In this document: one piece after another, positions 61,301-64,000 of the stretch
How the letters are laid out: each line of letters starts with the position of its first letter
Numbering within the stretch: position 1 is the stretch's first letter
Assembly (NCBI GenBank): GCA_951406725.2
Contig: OX597838.1
Location: 28,148,001-28,212,000, forward strand
Length of the DNA stretch: 64,000 nucleotides
Origin: Octopus vulgaris
Lineage: Eukaryota
Direction of reading: 5' to 3'
Position numbers and translations under genes: made by a program
Notes under the pieces: model-generated
Seen by the model: only the letters and a program-made list of their open reading frames with translations
The model's database searches: none
What the model was told of the DNA's origin: nothing

Positions 61301-63764
61301 AGTAGCTATTTTCTCTGTGCACTGTTGCTGGGAAAGGTATCTTATTTGTTTCAGCCATTAGACTGTGGCCATGCTGGGGTAGGATTTTACAGTTGGTGCT
61401 CTTCCTGTTGCCAACCCTCATCTGTTTTTCAAGAAAGGGATTTTTTTTTTTTTTATTCCAAAGATCTTTGAAAGCACAAAGTGGTAAGTCATAATGCCAA
61501 GAAGGAATATCAAACATCTTGCACCACTTCACTCAAGCAGGAACAGAAGTATGAACCGTCAACATTCACACACACAAACAATATCTATTTCAAATGTTGG
61601 CACAAAGCCAGCAAGTTCAAAGCTAGGAAGACAATTGATAACATCGACCCCCAGTACAGAACTGGAACTTTATTTTACCAAGCCCGAAAGAATGAAAGGC
61701 AAAGTTGACCACGGTAGAATTTGAGCTCAGAACATAAAAACGAATGAAATGATGCTAAGCATTTTTTCCCCAGCATGCTAACAATTCTGCCAGCTTGCTG
61801 CCCAACACAAATACACCTTAATATTGCTAACCAGGAACAAAACAATAAAACCACTACATTACACTATAAAGAGAGTGTAGTGGATCTTGCATGCATGCAG
61901 TGGATTCGATCCACCATAGCCAAATTTAAATAAATGCTGCAACAGAATTGTTCCCATGGTGGAACAGTGTTTTTCTCTGACAGCAGTTTTACATTTTCCA
62001 GACGCCTTTAGCTTGGCCAAAATAATGTCTTCGCCACTTGACCCTTTCACCAAAAGCTAGAATAGATAACAAGACCACCAACTAAATCTATTGTTCTCAA
62101 TGGCATATCTATCCTTCTGGATAGTTATATAAGCCAGCACATTACACTATAATGAGGGAGTTCTACGTGGCCACTGGAGATGCAAAGAAATAGCAGCCAA
62201 ATCTCCTCAAAACACACATTAAATAAGCATCATCATCATTTAACATCTGCCGTCCATGCTGGCATAGGTTGGATAGTCTGACAGGAATTGCTGAACCAGA
62301 AGACTGTATCGGGCCCCAGTGTCTGCATTGACATAGTTTCTATGGCTGGATGTGCTTCCTAATGCTGGTCACATTACAGAGAGTACTGGGTGTTTTTTTT
62401 TACTTAGCGCCAGCACTAGTGGGGTCACCAGATAACTTGCAAGACAAAGCCACTCAACTAAGTGGGGTGCAGTATTGAGGGAAGTGGCTTAATACTGGGT
62501 GATAAGAGGTTAAAGTCTGACAGAAGGACAGGTGTCATACTGTAGAGGAGATCCATAGCTTCCCCAGCTGGAAAAGGAGAAAAGATGGAGGTGCTGAGGT
62601 TACAGGTATTCTGTTAATGAAGCATATAGCTGAAATTAATAACCGAAACACATCCAGAATGGTCAGGATCAACTTCTTTTTCTTCCTTCCCTCCCAGGGG
62701 CTTCTGAGTCATCAAACCCTTTCATTAAATGTAACTTTTTACTTTGAGTTATCTCCCTTGCTTGAATCAATGCAGTAAGTCTCTATATGGTTGTTTTACA
62801 TGCTAGAAATATCAGTCAAATTTCCCTCAAATCACACCCAGTCATGTTAGAAAAAGGGTCTGCTTCATCAGGGCTGACATGGGGCTAATTAACAGCAACA
62901 ATATCAATGATAATGGATATAGGCGCAGGAGTGGCTGTGTGGTAAGTAGCTTGCTAACCAACCACATGGTTCCGGGTTCAGTTCCATTGCGTGGCATCTT
63001 GGGCAAGTGTCTTCTGCTATAGCCCCGGGCCTACCAATGCCTTGTGAGTGGATTTGGTAGACGGAAACTGAAAGAAGCCTGTCGTATATATATATATATG
63101 TGTGTGTGTTTGTGTGTCTGTGTTTGTCCCCCTAGCATTGCTTGACAACCGATGCTGGTGTGCTTACGTCCCCGTCACTTAGCGGTTCGGCAAAAGAGAC
63201 CAATAGAATAAGTACTGGGCTTACAAAGAATAAGTCCCGGGAGTCGATTTGCTCGACTAAAGGCGGTGCTCCAGCATGGCCGCAGTCAAATGACTGAAAC
63301 AAGTAAAAGAGTAAAAGAGTAAAGAGTAATAGGGTTGATAAATTAATTAACCAAATTATTGTGCTCGTTACATTAAATATGCTTGTGCATATTTTTCTAT
63401 GAAGAAATTTGCTTATCTTTTTTCATGTGGAGGAGAATTATTTAAAAGGTGAAACAAATAGCAAAGAAAATCAAAAATTTAAAATTTACAAAAATGAACC
63501 AAAACCACCCAACAGATAAACTAATAAATAAAACAATTAAAAATTAAAACAAGAGAGAAAAACTTATTGAAAAATATATCTAATGATTTACTGACCTGGT
63601 GTAGGAGAAAATTCTAGAACAGCTTTTATTCAAATTCTGGATAAACTCGACCATTTGGTCATAGTTATGATATGTGAGGGTTTGTAACTGAAGCAACATT
63701 TCAGCAGTGGTGGTCGTTAACTGACTGGGGTGTATGGTCACCTGTTTGGTCATTTGGCTCTTGC
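44476..63764 (-). CDS. CPD: Carboxypeptidase D (M14 N/E subfamily), last 10 coding exons; 5' part outside the window
   Basis: Phase-consistent exons giving YHNYDQM..GNIHGNE..LVPSLNPDG..DLDTDF..YPY..CPAVSVY, a transthyretin-like domain (GIHGII..YLPPGSY..ADGY), a TM helix and a GFHK..acidic tail. Confidence 0.93.
44947..45225. repeat. 42-bp minisatellite, about 6.5 copies, in the last CPD intron
   Basis: CTGACAAGATTGATGTGACTGATACCCAGTCTTTGCAGCWGG. Confidence 0.95.
45913..46018 (-). CDS. CPD: CPD exon DIRIGYGENVATLAVRMTKKSTIFGIPSFIVILFA (start of TM)
   Basis: ttcctag acceptor, G|gtgagt donor, phase 0/1. Confidence 0.88.
46149..46634. mobile_element. Head-to-head inverted dimer of a tRNA-headed SINE-like element with a hammerhead-like 3' part
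   Basis: Inverted arms of about 200-240 bp; A box TGGCATAGTGG and B box GAGTTCGATTCC; (AAT)n; decayed hammerheads at 46197-46240 (-) and 46514-46554 (+); candidate TSD AACAAKGAAGAA. Confidence 0.78.
47181..47588 (+). mobile_element. Non-autonomous Helitron
   Basis: Longer copy of the 33033-33337 family; TC start, hairpin, CTAT end running into (TA)n. Confidence 0.82.
47801..48048. repeat. 30-bp minisatellite with an internal 16-bp palindrome AATCTATATATAGATT
   Basis: About 8 tandem units. Confidence 0.9.
48120..48305 (-). CDS. CPD: CPD transthyretin-like domain exon VQQGIHGII..YLPPGSY..ADGYEDWEK
   Basis: ttttcag acceptor, AAG|gtgatt donor, phase 0/0. Confidence 0.93.
48430..48647 (-). mobile_element. 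hAT MITE, same family
   Basis: Near-identical reverse copy of 25243-25461, 8-bp TSD GTCTATGG. Confidence 0.9.
49855..51830 (-). mobile_element. 5'-truncated RTE-clade LINE (RT region, PHD-like insert, 3' UTR), decayed
   Basis: KAPGPSG..NYRDIKLL..QFGF; LEVVDSFCYLG; RGRPRKTW; 3' UTR matches the abundant (GAT)n-tailed repeats. Confidence 0.92.
52415..52549 (-). CDS. CPD: CPD exon DYSSLTNKCPAVSVYLGGCCYRPS..LMKE
   Basis: ttttacag acceptor, gtgagt donor, phase 0/0. Confidence 0.93.
52575..53249. repeat. (TAG/TAA)n trinucleotide expansion
   Basis: Directly visible; source of the poly-Leu and poly-Thr ORFs. Confidence 0.95.
53753..53983 (+). mobile_element. SINE family B
   Basis: Full-length copy flanked by GGTGATGAGA direct repeats. 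Confidence 0.85.
54265..54656 (+). mobile_element. SINE family A
   Basis: Full-length copy. Confidence 0.88.
54942..55006 (-). CDS. CPD: CPD small exon AKKYSSNVVVASTINNHTGSLL
   Basis: tttcacag acceptor, gtaagt donor, phase 1/0; H.GS motif. Confidence 0.85.
55437..55667. mobile_element. mariner-type MITE
   Basis: TA|TTGGGTTGGTGTATAATTATTGCGG..CCGCAGTAATTATGCACCAATCCAA|TA. Confidence 0.8.
55675..56140 (-). mobile_element. RTE LINE 3' fragment
   Basis: Matches 50100-50340 and the (GAT)n-tailed 3' UTR. Confidence 0.75.
56161..56547 (-). mobile_element. SINE family A
   Basis: Full-length copy. Confidence 0.88.
56819..56929 (-). CDS. CPD: CPD exon RHAESAYENLQKRFANDYVNY..CSSNLN
   Basis: tttcag acceptor, G|gtaagg donor, phase 1/1. 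Confidence 0.85.
57055..57435 (+). mobile_element. RTE 3'-UTR-type short repeat
   Basis: Internal ~61-bp duplication, (GAT)n tail. Confidence 0.8.
57731..58128 (-). mobile_element. SINE family A
   Basis: Full-length copy. Confidence 0.88.
59022..59171 (-). CDS. CPD: CPD exon ITEGNGPSHAQPETGSFMKW..LRAGEPVAAAYPYYDSETN
   Basis: cttcag acceptor (an in-frame alternative lies 6 nt downstream), gtatgt donor, phase 1/1, QPET and YPY motifs. Confidence 0.9.
59984..60047 (+). mobile_element. Terminal fragment of the same Tc1 family
   Basis: Reverse complement of about 22673-22735, ends CCCCTG-TA. Confidence 0.8.
60112..60247 (-). CDS. CPD: CPD exon ILQNSLIHLVPSLNPDG..NANSVDLDTDFK
   Basis: ttccag acceptor, gtaagg donor, phase 0/1. 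Confidence 0.95.
60293..60489. mobile_element. pogo/Tigger-like MITE
   Basis: TA|CCATATTTGA..TCAAATACGG|TA. Confidence 0.6.
60950..61142 (-). CDS. CPD: CPD exon SLGQSSEKRE..GNIHGNEAAGRE..IVTS
   Basis: ctgtag acceptor, gtaagt donor, phase 2/0, HxxE zinc motif. Confidence 0.95.
62921..63328 (+). mobile_element. SINE family A
   Basis: Full-length copy. Confidence 0.88.
63596..63764 (-). CDS. CPD: CPD exon KSQMTKQVT..TYHNYDQMVEFIQNLNKSCSRIFSYT
   Basis: ttacag acceptor, AG|gtcagt donor, phase 1/2. Confidence 0.88.
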
Positions 63765-64000
63765 CTGTAAAACAGGGAAAGCCAGTATTTAATACATATA
63801 CATAGATGTACACATAGACAGACAGACAGACACACACACACACACACACACATACATACATACATACATATAGATAGAAAGTCTGAGAGATAGACTTAAA
63901 TGTAGCTAGACAGAGGAAGATAGATAGGTAAGTATATATAAATAAGTAGATAGGTATGTATGTAGATATGAATAGATAGACACATATATTGGGTCATCCC

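Overview
AT-rich, repeat-dense eukaryotic genomic DNA. The SINE, RTE and microsatellite content suggests a coleoid cephalopod, probably Octopus; that is an inference, not a database result. Two convergent spliced genes were reconstructed by hand with phase-consistent GT-AG junctions. (1) On +, the 3' 15 coding exons (7650-34536, about 947 aa) of a Mondo/ChREBP (MLXIP/MLXIPL family) bHLH-ZIP factor, including a clear U12-type intron at 32154-32748. (2) On -, the last 10 coding exons (63764-44476) of carboxypeptidase D: an inactive-type CP domain, transthyretin-like domain, TM helix and acidic tail. Introns and the intergenic region hold several tRNA-SINE families, RTE and CR1 LINE fragments, a DD36E Tc1-like relic, hAT/piggyBac/mariner MITEs, Helitrons and mini/microsatellites. 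The main unexpected signal is a set of type I hammerhead ribozyme motifs: one with an intact core at about 37551-37666, and several decayed ones. They lie in short non-coding, Penelope/retrozyme-like insertions that are often next to (TA)n and often have inverted ends, and one family fuses a tRNA-derived head to a hammerhead tail. A separate inverted-repeat insertion carries a captured R2-type zinc-finger fragment. Most ORFs in the supplied track are microsatellite or SINE artefacts. Repeat boundaries are approximate; exon boundaries were counted from the sequence.
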